Of a DNA stretch of 64,000 nt, positions 1 through 10,971 are shown piece after piece. Positions within the stretch are counted from its first letter, which is position 1. Every line of letters starts with the position of its first letter. The notes beneath the pieces are model-generated. The model was not told where the DNA came from and searched no databases. It worked only from the letters and a program-made list of their open reading frames with translations. Both the position numbers and the translations under genes were made by a program. The DNA is taken from assembly GCA_965237675.1 (NCBI GenBank), contig OZ250150.1:512001-576000 (forward strand). The letters run 5' to 3'. Origin of the DNA: Candidatus Latescibacterota bacterium. Its GTDB lineage: Bacteria; Latescibacterota; UBA2968; GCA-2709665.

Positions 1-1320
1 CCGGGAACAGGGGAACTGCCGGAGCCGGAAAAGCTGGTGGCGCAGATGCGCGCCCAGGGGGTGCGGGCGGCCAGGATATTTCCGGGCGTACACGGTTTTC
101 CGTTGCTGGAACGAATTCTGCGGCCGCTGTTGAAAGCGCTCGCCGAAGCGGGAATTCCTTTGCTTCTGGACGAGGGACGCACGAGCTGGAGCCAGCTCAC
201 GGACTGGCGATCGGTCTTTGAAATCTCAGAGGCGCACCCCGCGCTGCCGCTCGTGCTGATACGGGAAGGCGGCACTACCGCGAGGGCGCTGTTCGGGGTT
301 TGGGATACGTTTCCCAACCTCTATGTCGAGACGTCCTACATCCAGGAGTCGCGGATCGTGGAGGAGATTTCAGAGCGTTTCGGACGCCGGCGGTTGTTGT
401 TCGGAACGGGGATGCCCGCCTGGGACCCGGGAGGGCCGCTGGGCCTTCTGGAAGGCGCGCGGATATCCCGGAATCAGCGGGCCGATATCGCCGGGAACAG
501 CCTCCGGCGGCTGCTGGATCTTCCTGAGCGCGAGGCAGGTGCGGCGCGGGTCTGGCCCTGCGGTGCGGGCGGGTTCCGCGTGTTTGACGTTCACGGGCAC
601 CTGGGCAGGTTTCATTCGAAGTACCACCTGGACTGGTCGGCCGAACAGATGGTGTCGCGGATGGACGAAGTGGGAGTGGAGCGGTTTGCGGTCAGCCATT
701 TTCTGGCCATCGGAGCCGACTACCGGACGGGCAACGACCGGATCGGGGCAGGCGTGGCGGCCTTTCCGGATCGGCTCGCGGGATACGTGGTCTACAATCC
801 GAATTACGAATCGGAGATGGCCGATGAGATGGCGCGCGGATTCGACGAACTCGGTTGCCGGGGCATCAAGCTCCACTGCGGGCTTCACGACACGTCAACC
901 GAGGATCCACGCTACCGTCTGGCGTTTCAGACGGCGCACGAGCGGAACTGTCCCATGCTTTGCCATGTCAGCTACGGACCGTCTCCCGCTTTTTTAATGG
1001 ATACGCTTGCGGCGTTCCCCAATGCGAAGTTCATCTATGCCCACCTCGGCGGAGGAAGCCGCGAGGGTCTGAAGCCCTTTCTTGATGTAGCCCACGCGCG
1101 GCCGAATCTGTTTTTCGATCTGGGTTACTCGAAAATGGCTCGTGGCACCCTCGCCTGGCTGGTCGAGCAGGCGCCGCCAACGCAGATCCTGTACGGATCG
1201 GACCATCCGGTAAACGGGTTTACGTACCAACTCGGACGGGTGCTGTATGCAGACATTCCAGACGCGTTGAAGCGCATAATTCTATGGGACAATGCGGCCA
1301 GAATATTCGGCGTGCAATAG
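1..1320 (+). CDS. Amidohydrolase family protein with two tandem amidohydrolase_2-like domains (5' end outside window)
   Basis: Frame is open from base 1. Motifs LFGTGMP, DVHGH, GIKLH and LYGSDHP...NAARIF show two TIM-barrel repeats. Confidence 0.8.
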   Translation, partial: PGTGELPEPEKLVAQMRAQGVRAARIFPGVHGFPLLERILRPLLKALAEAGIPLLLDEGRTSWSQLTDWRSVFEISEAHPALPLVLIREGGTTARALFGVWDTFPNLYVETSYIQESRIVEEISERFGRRRLLFGTGMPAWDPGGPLGLLEGARISRNQRADIAGNSLRRLLDLPEREAGAARVWPCGAGGFRVFDVHGHLGRFHSKYHLDWSAEQMVSRMDEVGVERFAVSHFLAIGADYRTGNDRIGAGVAAFPDRLAGYVVYNPNYESEMADEMARGFDELGCRGIKLHCGLHDTSTEDPRYRLAFQTAHERNCPMLCHVSYGPSPAFLMDTLAAFPNAKFIYAHLGGGSREGLKPFLDVAHARPNLFFDLGYSKMARGTLAWLVEQAPPTQILYGSDHPVNGFTYQLGRVLYADIPDALKRIILWDNAARIFGVQ

Positions 1321-1353
1321 TAGATTCTCAATCAAACGAGGAGGTCTTCATCC

Positions 1354-3066
1354 ATGCAAATCGGCATTCTGACGCACCCGCCCGATCTCTCGGACTATAT
1401 CGCGGAGATTTTCCAAACCTGGGGACTTGCCGTTTTCGATCGTATTCGTACGGACCGCATGGAGGGACTGGATCCGGCGTCCACTCCCGTACTGGTCTGT
1501 CCGGCAGCCGAAAGGGATGCGCAGACGCACGAGTTTCTTGTCGGATATGCGAGGCGCGGCGGCACGGTGGTGACGTTCTTGCCCAGGGATGCGCTAGCCG
1601 ACGCCGCGGGGCTGGTCTACGAAGGGGCCAAGACCGCGCCCCTTCGCCTGCGTCCTGTGCGTTATCCGGCGGCGGGCGTTTCAGGTGAGGACTTCCCGGT
1701 CGTAGGGGAGGCAGGTCATTACGTTGCGCGACCCGGCGCGGGATCGGGTTTAGCCTATCTGTACCACCCGGACGGATTTGAGGGAGAGTCAGTCGGGGTA
1801 ATCGAAACGCCAACCGGAAAGGGTCGTATCGTCGCCTTCGCTTTCGACCTGCCCAGGTGCGTGTTCACCCTCCGGCAGGGCGATCCGGATCAGGTCGAGC
1901 GGGCGGTGGACGGGAATGTACGGGCGGATTCCATAGGAATCGACCTGGGTCCGGCGGACAGCGGCCTGATGCCATTTGCCGATCTGCTGGCGCGGTGGCT
2001 GGTGGAACTGGTCTGCCGGTTTGTTCCGGCGCCCATGCCCGTGCTGTGGCATCTGCCGGGAGAGGCGGCCGCCCTTGTGCTCTACTCGGGCGACGAGGAT
2101 GGGGCGGAGATTTCGGCGGTGGAGCAGGAATTCCGGGAAGTAACGGCGTCCGGGGCGCGCATGAATCTCTATATCATTCCTATCGGTACGGATTCGACGG
2201 CCGCGGACGTGCAGCGGTATCGTCAGAACCACGACGTGGGACCGCATCCGAACCTCCGGTCCCTGGACGGAACACCGATACCGGAGCGCGTCGCGGAATT
2301 CGAGCGACAGATTCTGCTCTTCGAAAAAATGTACGGGTTCAAGCCCACGAGCGTCCGCAACCACTGCCTGTCCTGGGCGGGATACCTCGAACTGGTGGAA
2401 GCGGAGGCGCGGCTGGGTATCCGGATGGATGCGAACTATCTGTGCTCCGCGTATATGCGGGACCGGTGCAGTGGTCCGTACCATCTCAGGGGTGCGGCTA
2501 TGCCGATGCGATTCTGCCACCCGGACGGCCGCATGGTCGACGTGCTCCAGCAGCACACCCACCTGTCCGACGACGTCTGGTTCCAGGAGAGCGCGCCCAA
2601 ATCCTTCCATTATTCGCCAGAGATGTATGGCGTACTTGTGGACCGCATCCTTGACGACAGCGCCACGCGATTCCACATGCCATACGGCGTGATCCTGCAC
2701 CCGGGAAACTGGGTGAGATACTCGAGGGAGCATGGCCTGGTTCTGCTGAAGAAGGCGGCGGAACGGAACATCCCCGTCTGGTCCTACGATCAGTGGTGCG
2801 ACTTCTGGCTTCTTCGGGACCGTTGGCGTCTGGAAAGTCTGTCCTGGCGAGACCGCACGCTGAAGTTCAACGCCACGGGCGCGCCTGACGACGGAAATCT
2901 TCGCTGGCTGATTCCCGCGACTTTTGGTGGCCGGGGGCTGAGCGCATTGTCGGTGGACGGCCAGCCCGAGCCATACAATATCGTCTCCCGGTATGGCCAG
3001 AGCGTGGCGCTGGTGCCATTGGGCTGTGGAAGGGCAACGTGCGAGATAGAGGCTGTTTACTGCTGA
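1354..3066 (+). CDS. Hypothetical protein: N-terminal GATase-like region plus polysaccharide deacetylase-like (NodB-type) domain
   Basis: 570 aa; RBS gaggagg; motifs SGDED, GPHP, RNHCLSW, ILHPGNW. Confidence 0.55.
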   Translation: MQIGILTHPPDLSDYIAEIFQTWGLAVFDRIRTDRMEGLDPASTPVLVCPAAERDAQTHEFLVGYARRGGTVVTFLPRDALADAAGLVYEGAKTAPLRLRPVRYPAAGVSGEDFPVVGEAGHYVARPGAGSGLAYLYHPDGFEGESVGVIETPTGKGRIVAFAFDLPRCVFTLRQGDPDQVERAVDGNVRADSIGIDLGPADSGLMPFADLLARWLVELVCRFVPAPMPVLWHLPGEAAALVLYSGDEDGAEISAVEQEFREVTASGARMNLYIIPIGTDSTAADVQRYRQNHDVGPHPNLRSLDGTPIPERVAEFERQILLFEKMYGFKPTSVRNHCLSWAGYLELVEAEARLGIRMDANYLCSAYMRDRCSGPYHLRGAAMPMRFCHPDGRMVDVLQQHTHLSDDVWFQESAPKSFHYSPEMYGVLVDRILDDSATRFHMPYGVILHPGNWVRYSREHGLVLLKKAAERNIPVWSYDQWCDFWLLRDRWRLESLSWRDRTLKFNATGAPDDGNLRWLIPATFGGRGLSALSVDGQPEPYNIVSRYGQSVALVPLGCGRATCEIEAVYC

Positions 3067-3150
3067 AGGCACGGCAATCGCCGTTTGAGAGCGCACCGGA
3101 TAGAGCGGCTCGACCGATACACAACAACCGAACGATGAAGGAGGCGGCGC

Positions 3151-3792
3151 ATGCAGAAACTGGTCTTCCTGGGCATCGGATCCAACAACTCGGACATTCT
3201 GGACGCCGTCGTGGAAATCAATGCCTTGAAGCCGACCTACGATGTGCTCGGATATGTAACTAGAGACGGCAACCCCATAGAGAAAGGCGGGCTGAAACAC
3301 CTGGGTGACTTTGAGTCGGTAGGCGCCCTTCCGGAGGATGTGCAGATTACCGGCTTTGCCTTCGGTCCAGGCAGCTATCAGACCTGGCCGGATACGGTGG
3401 CCGGGCTGGGCCTGCCGCGGGAACGGTTCGCCACAATCGTCCATCCCCGCGCGTTTGTTTCCGCACAAAGCACGGTGGGACGGGGGTCGGTTGTTCTGGC
3501 GGGCACGACGTTGGGCGCATTTGTAACCATTGGCGACCACGTGATTGTCCTGCAGAATGTGGGCCTGTCCCACGACGACGTGATCGAAGACTACTCATGC
3601 CTTGCGGTGGGGGTGAGTTTCTCTGGGAGCGTTCGGGTGGGCCGGAACTGTTTTCTGGGAACGAACTCGACGATCATCGGCGCCGCAATCGGCGAGGGAA
3701 GCATGGTGGGCGCCGGCGCCCTGATCCGGCACGATGTGCCCGCAGGCGAAGTGTGGGTGGGAAATCCCGGGAGGTTTCTAAGAAAGGTCTGA
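3151..3792 (+). CDS. NeuD/PglD-family sugar O-acetyltransferase (hexapeptide repeat)
   Basis: ATIVHPRA, LSHDDVI, hexapeptide repeats, C-terminal VGNPGRFLR; RBS aaggagg. Confidence 0.85.
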   Translation: MQKLVFLGIGSNNSDILDAVVEINALKPTYDVLGYVTRDGNPIEKGGLKHLGDFESVGALPEDVQITGFAFGPGSYQTWPDTVAGLGLPRERFATIVHPRAFVSAQSTVGRGSVVLAGTTLGAFVTIGDHVIVLQNVGLSHDDVIEDYSCLAVGVSFSGSVRVGRNCFLGTNSTIIGAAIGEGSMVGAGALIRHDVPAGEVWVGNPGRFLRKV

Positions 3793-3828
3793 GCGCACCG
3801 ACAGCAACCACTCATGATTTCCAACTGG

Positions 3829-4587
3829 CTATATTTCAGTTAACTCAGGCCATTTGATTTTCTTGTGGGTCAAAGGATCGCAAAGTATAAATCCACCCTG
3901 TATAGCAATCTGTTCAAGCGTTAAATCTGTTAAGATAGGTGCAATATTGTTTATCAAGTCGCCATGAATAGATTCAAGGCCCCCCGTTGTTCCGTGGTCT
4001 ATTGAAACTCTTTTGGGCACCCCAGGTTCATCGTGCATCTGTTTGAGTTTCTCAGCAGTCTCTGATGATAAGCTAAATGTCACCTGATCCTGAGAAACAT
4101 TACGATGAATCACTATCCATGGGGCTTCAGATCGCCACTTGGGTGGCTCAGGCGAATCGAACAGAAGCATAGCCCGTTCTGCAAGGACCTTATACTCTCT
4201 TGCCTCCTGTCCCCTTAGGCCGTAAGAGATACCAAATTTGACGGCGATATCTTGCCTGGAATCGGTGAAGGGTTCCTGCTTCTCTCGAAAGTGACGTTCA
4301 ATATCGTGTTCCTTTTGATGAAGGAAGTCACGAATGGGCTCTTTGTCGAGACCTTCCCTGCCAACGACATCGACAAAGCTCAGGACAGCATTGCTTCCCG
4401 GCACTAAATCCACAGATTCGGCGATGAGTTTTCCTGGATTTTGATTGGCGATTTGGTCAACGATACTATTGTCATTTTTCAAATTTTCGGGAAGGTCATG
4501 CTCTTCATGCTGGTGAAGGAAAACATTGACACCAACCTTGGCCCTCTCCCCCTTTATTCGTCGAACCCGCTGAGCGGTGAGGTACAT
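3829..4587 (-). CDS. Hypothetical protein (MYLTAQRV...), third gene of AT-richer cassette
   Basis: ORF of about 252 aa; ATG overlaps the upstream stop (TGATG); no family recognised. Confidence 0.7.
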   Translation of the reverse strand: MYLTAQRVRRIKGERAKVGVNVFLHQHEEHDLPENLKNDNSIVDQIANQNPGKLIAESVDLVPGSNAVLSFVDVVGREGLDKEPIRDFLHQKEHDIERHFREKQEPFTDSRQDIAVKFGISYGLRGQEAREYKVLAERAMLLFDSPEPPKWRSEAPWIVIHRNVSQDQVTFSLSSETAEKLKQMHDEPGVPKRVSIDHGTTGGLESIHGDLINNIAPILTDLTLEQIAIQGGFILCDPLTHKKIKWPELTEI

Positions 4588-4874
4588 CAAGCTACCTCCG
4601 TAAGAATCCGGGCCGGCGTCCTGAAATCGGAGTTCCTCCAGATATCCTTATGGGTCCGACCCCTGTACGAATTCGTCACGCTGGTGTCACGTATCAGAGA
4701 CTTCGTACCTTCGCTGTACAATAGTTGCTGTTCCTTTTCACTCAATTCATACCAGACCTTCTCCATTGCATCCAGAATGGTTTCTTCTTCTTCAGATTCA
4801 AAACCGGCATGCTGCCAACGAATATAAATAAGGTCGCGTTCTAAAGAACGATATCGTTTGTAAGCTTCACTCAT
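4587..4874 (-). CDS. Small acidic helical protein, candidate immunity/antitoxin
   Basis: 95 aa; overlaps both neighbours (ATGAGTGA and TGATG); acidic stretch ESEEEETILDAME. Confidence 0.6.
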   Translation of the reverse strand: MSEAYKRYRSLERDLIYIRWQHAGFESEEEETILDAMEKVWYELSEKEQQLLYSEGTKSLIRDTSVTNSYRGRTHKDIWRNSDFRTPARILTEVA

Positions 4875-5265
4875 GACATTTCACCCAATCTTCTCTTGTC
4901 CCATGTAGATTGGCCTCATATTCCCGGAACAAACAGCACATTAATGGCTCAACCAATGCGTGAGTTAGCCGGTCTCGACGCAGAACCAGAGAGGAAGGCA
5001 AGTCAATCACTCTAAACGAAAAAACAGGATCGCGCCCTTCGCCTCCCAGGGACTTGGGCAACCTTGATTTCGGTAGTCGCCCAACTGTATCCGGCGTAAC
5101 GGACATCCCTCCCGTCTTAGGGCGTACTCTGCAATTGTTTATCTCTATATCGGCATATTTTCCGCTGATGCGAACCCCCAATGTTCTTCCCGAACGTCCT
5201 GCGAGAGGTTTGCCATCTGAATCCTCCTTCATTGCTCGGAAAACAACCCGAGGATTTCTCTGCAT
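4867..5265 (-). CDS. Tse2-like ADP-ribosyltransferase-fold toxin (putative)
   Basis: 132 aa with VFR...GGMSV.P..LP...THALVEP...YEANL, the R-S-H pattern of the Tse2 ART family as recalled. Confidence 0.6.
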   Translation of the reverse strand: MQRNPRVVFRAMKEDSDGKPLAGRSGRTLGVRISGKYADIEINNCRVRPKTGGMSVTPDTVGRLPKSRLPKSLGGEGRDPVFSFRVIDLPSSLVLRRDRLTHALVEPLMCCLFREYEANLHGTREDWVKCHE

Positions 5266-5435
5266 TCAGCAAGTCCTTCGCGTCGGCGTCTTTACACAGT
5301 TTCCAGTGAGAATGGTAAGTGAAAAAGAATAGCCACAAAATACGATTTCGTCAAGCGGCTAGAATTATTTTCTCTCAATTGTCAATGTCACCACTCCCGA
5401 CCCGGACCGCGTCAATCCCTGTGTTGATTCCCGAC

Positions 5436-6083
5436 TTACGGTGTCTCGCCGATCACAATATCAAATTTCGCCGTTAACTCACCGATTTCCGATCCGGGCA
5501 ACGGCTTGAACGGTACCGACAACAGATCGTCGGAAGCGCGGCCGGACCTCCGAAATATGGAATCCCTCTCATTGTCCGGGTTGCCCTTTACGTACAGTTG
5601 CGTGGTCAGAACCCGGTGTCCGTTTTTATTGACCGCGAAATGGATATGCGCGGTTCGGGCGCCGGAATACCTGACGGGCTTTATGGTCCGAAAACGATAT
5701 TCTCCCGTGGAACCCGTTTCAAATCGCCCGAAACCCTGGAAGTTCCGGTCTCGCCTGTTCCTCCGCGGGGCCTCGGTATGGATGTAGACGCCGTTGCTGT
5801 CGACCTGCCAGATTTCCACCACGGCATTTTTCACGGGTTTGCCGCTCAAGTCTGTAACGCGCCCGGTCAGATGTGTGATTTCTCCCACAGCCGGCGTAAT
5901 CGCGTCGTTGATGATCAGAAGATCGTTGTCGACATCCAGCGGCATCCTGTCCGGATAAAAAGGACCCTCGGTCTGCCACGGCGTTCGCATGAGTTGCTCG
6001 GCAAAAGCCCCTGGCGTCACAAACGCAACGGCGCCCAATGTCGCGGCACGACAGAGAAAGCGTCTTCGATCCATCGACATCAC
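5436..6083 (-). CDS. Intradiol ring-cleavage dioxygenase-like protein with Tat signal
   Basis: RRRFL twin-arginine leader; EGPFYP, VEIWQ..NGVY, Y..R.AHIHF iron-ligand motifs. Confidence 0.85.
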   Translation of the reverse strand: MMSMDRRRFLCRAATLGAVAFVTPGAFAEQLMRTPWQTEGPFYPDRMPLDVDNDLLIINDAITPAVGEITHLTGRVTDLSGKPVKNAVVEIWQVDSNGVYIHTEAPRRNRRDRNFQGFGRFETGSTGEYRFRTIKPVRYSGARTAHIHFAVNKNGHRVLTTQLYVKGNPDNERDSIFRRSGRASDDLLSVPFKPLPGSEIGELTAKFDIVIGETP

Positions 6084-6257
6084 GGCCTCCCTGGTTGGAA
6101 ACCTCCAGTTGAGTACTGATCCTTAGACCACGCCATCCGTCGGATTGTTCCCGCCCACCCTTGCCGATTCCGCAATCCCCAATCATACAACAGATCCCCA
6201 CTTGCAGCCGACCGGGCGGGGATCTGTTTTCGGATCCGACGACGGATTGGACGGCAA

Positions 6258-7168
6258 CTAAAAATTGTAGTGTGCGTTCATTTCGATGAAACTGTCGCGA
6301 CGGGTCGTGTAGGATAAATCCGTGTTTTAACGTCGAGAAGGGCGATCGCCTCCAGATGCACGGACCAACTGTCCGAAATGCGCCGGTTGAATTCAAAGTT
6401 TAACACGCGTGTGGTCGTGTCGATATCGTTCATCATGCTGTTGAGCATTTCGGTACTTCGGACGTCGTTGAACGCAAAACGCGCGGCAAGAAAGAGATCG
6501 TTCTGGAAGATATGGGTCGCATTTCGGCCCCGTCCGTCGTAATTCCACTCTCCGATCAGGCTCAGGTCGACCGCTGTGCCGAATACGGAACTTAACGTGT
6601 ATTCGCCGCCAAAGACGGACGCAACGTACTCCTCCTCCCTGCCGAGACGGTCTCGTGCGCCGGCGCGGCCGATCGCTTCGAACTTGAACAACCAGGATTC
6701 GACCGTCACCTGAACGTCCAATCCGAACTGCCGGATTCGCTCGTAGTACGGTACCAGAACCGGCTGTCCGTTTCGGTCCACGTCCGTTAACAGAAAGGGA
6801 TCCCTGCTGGTGCCATCGAATACGCTGAGGCCCACGTCGGCGGTTCCGAAACTGCGGCTGTAACGGGCGGCGAGATCCGGATCTTCGGGCAGGCGATGGA
6901 AGGCCGGATCGTCGCCGTGCATGTTTCTGTTGAGGCGTTTCATAATGTCCGAAAACACCTGGACATGGGTCACCTCGGGCTGCTGCCTGTACCACTCGGC
7001 GAAAGCGTCGATCCGGCGCAGATAGTCGGGATCGGTGATGCCGCCTTCGCGTCCCGCTTCCAGCGAATATTCCAGCTTGTCAAGCCCGGTGAGATTGTCG
7101 ATGATATAATCCGTATCGCGTCGGAACTCGTAACGATCATCGAAATACTGCGCCATGTTGTCGCTTAG
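6258..7168 (-). pseudogene. Chimeric remnant: internal MMPL/RND exporter fragment fused in frame to the C-terminal half of an outer-membrane beta-barrel protein, frameshifted near its end and truncated by the IS
   Basis: The N-part (YFD.RYEFRRDTD...DIMKRLNRNMHGDDP..LP..PDLAA) is MMPL-like. The C-part is barrel-like. An alternative frame ends ...RDSFIEMNAHYNF* at 6258 with the typical OMP terminal Phe. Confidence 0.7.
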
Positions 7169-7269
7169 CCTGAATAATTCACAAAAAACGTAGTTTTCTT
7201 ACCCAAGTCATTGTATTATATTATGGTTAGACGAATAACCTTAACACAATAAACCGGGAGGAAACTACC

Positions 7270-8643
7270 GTGGAGATTCAAGATAAACATCACAGGGTGT
7301 CTTTCGCAAGTCTTTCCGGCAAACAGGTAGAAGCCGCCTTCGATGGGGGCGTCCTGACCAGCCTGCCTGTGCATTGCACGCAGACAGGCGACAGCGGGGT
7401 AATGCTGTTGCGGGAGGTGGAGTACAAAATCGGCATTTTGGCTCGGATCGTTGAGGCGTTAGCCGACCCTCGGCATCCCAGTTATGTGGATCACTCATTG
7501 ACGGTGGACCTGCTCAAACAACGGGTCTTTCAGATGGCCTGTGGGTATGAGGATGCGAACGATTGCAATGCGTTACGCAAGGACCCCGGCTTCAAGGCGG
7601 CCTGTGATCGGTTGCCGCTGACCGGTGCGGCGCTGGCCAGTCAACCCACGATGAGTCGGTTCGAGAACCGGATCACCAGAGGTGACTTATATCGGATCGC
7701 GAAGGCCTTTGCCGATGGGTTTATCGCCTCGTATAAGAAACCGCCCAAAGCCATCCTGCTGGATATCGATGACACGGAAGATAAGGTGTATGGGTCTGGG
7801 CAGTTGTCGTTATTCAATGCGTATTTCAACGGCTATTGCTACCAACCGTTGCATATCTATGAAGGACAAACCGGCAAGTTGATCACGACGATTTTGCGTC
7901 CTGGCGTGCGGCCTTCGGGCAAAGAGATCGTTTCGATTCTCAAACGGGTGATCGCCTACCTGCGTCGAGCCTGGCCCCATGTGGCGATCCTGTTGCGTGG
8001 CGATTCTCATTTTTCGTGTCCGGAAGTTCACGCGTTGTGTGACACACAGAATGTGTATTTTGCCCTTGGACAAAGCGGCAATGCCAAGTTGCTGCCCAGG
8101 GCACAGCCCTTGATGGACCAGGCCAAAGCGCTGTATGCCGCTTCCGGCAAAACCGTGCGCCTTTTTTCCTCGTGGGACGATCAGGCCAGCACCTGGGCTT
8201 CGCCACGCCGCATCATCTGTAAGGCGGAAGTGACACCGCAAGGACACAATATCCGTTTCGTGGCCACCAACCTGAAACGCGCCAACCCATCATTCATCTA
8301 CAAAACCGTCTATTGTGGACGCGGCAGGATGGAAGGCTTCATCAAGAATCACAAGACCTTTCACCATTCTGATCGCACCTCTTGTCACACATTCGAGGCC
8401 AATCACTTCCGGCTCTTTCTCCACAGCGCCGCCTATGTCCTGTTGCAGACCTTGGCTGAAATGGGATTGCGCGGCACAACGTGGACGAACGCACAGGTTA
8501 ATACGCTGCAAAATCGCATCTTGAAGGTCGCCGGACGCGTTTGTGAGATGAAAACCAAAATCACGTTCCATCTGCCAACGGCGTTTCCACTCAAACACCT
8601 CTATGGCAAGATCCTCTACAATCTGGCATCGTCCGTTCCATAA
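7270..8643 (+). CDS. IS1380-family DDE transposase with a 9-aa in-frame insertion; possibly degenerate
   Basis: FDGG.LTS..DSG, GYEDANDC..LR.DP, LASQPTMSRFEN, LDIDDT, LRGDSHF, Y.GRG.MEGFIK. Confidence 0.9.
   Translation: MEIQDKHHRVSFASLSGKQVEAAFDGGVLTSLPVHCTQTGDSGVMLLREVEYKIGILARIVEALADPRHPSYVDHSLTVDLLKQRVFQMACGYEDANDCNALRKDPGFKAACDRLPLTGAALASQPTMSRFENRITRGDLYRIAKAFADGFIASYKKPPKAILLDIDDTEDKVYGSGQLSLFNAYFNGYCYQPLHIYEGQTGKLITTILRPGVRPSGKEIVSILKRVIAYLRRAWPHVAILLRGDSHFSCPEVHALCDTQNVYFALGQSGNAKLLPRAQPLMDQAKALYAASGKTVRLFSSWDDQASTWASPRRIICKAEVTPQGHNIRFVATNLKRANPSFIYKTVYCGRGRMEGFIKNHKTFHHSDRTSCHTFEANHFRLFLHSAAYVLLQTLAEMGLRGTTWTNAQVNTLQNRILKVAGRVCEMKTKITFHLPTAFPLKHLYGKILYNLASSVP
7362..7388. repeat. 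27-bp imperfect palindrome inserted in frame in the transposase
   Basis: cctgcctgtgcattgcacgcagacagg; removing it restores the motif LTSDSG. Confidence 0.75.
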
Positions 8644-8886
8644 CGCATCGTCCGGTTGAATCCGCCTTCACGTCTTGATCGACACCACCAAAGCCCAGGC
8701 AGACGTCTGTGCTCTTGATCGGGGCATAAAGGCCAACCTGTGACGCCCCGGCCCTACCGTGTTGCCAGCACGTGCCACTGAAACGGCTTGGACACTCCAA
8801 ATCCGTCACAGCCAGGGCTTCCTTCCGTTTCACGATTCACTCGGAACCTGTTCCTGCTTCCCGAAACTGCAATCCGTGACAATTCA

Positions 8887-10853
<1,967 letters not shown>

Positions 10854-10917
10854 TGAATTATTCAGGCTGATATTGTTCAAGTCCGGCGGACCCAATTGCA
10901 ACGGCTGGCCGAATTTA

Positions 10918-10948
10918 GGCTATTTCAAAGTCAAATATTGACATAGCC
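10918..10948 (+). promoter_or_regulatory. Palindrome-bounded AT-rich motif upstream of the ATPase (copy 1)
   Basis: ggctatttcaaagtcaaatattgacatagcc; contains ttgaca; near-identical copy at 13050-13080. Confidence 0.5.
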
Positions 10949-10971
10949 TGATTATTCTGTTATTTTTCGGT

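Noticed and set aside
3067-3082. GG-N10-GC sigma54-like site before the NeuD-like gene
   Set aside because: Poor -12 element (TCGC), no IHF site, and it lies within an apparent operon.
1789-3573. 594-aa antisense ORF and the many other long shadow ORFs
   Set aside because: They overlap well-supported genes on the opposite strand, have no motifs, and are expected at this GC content.
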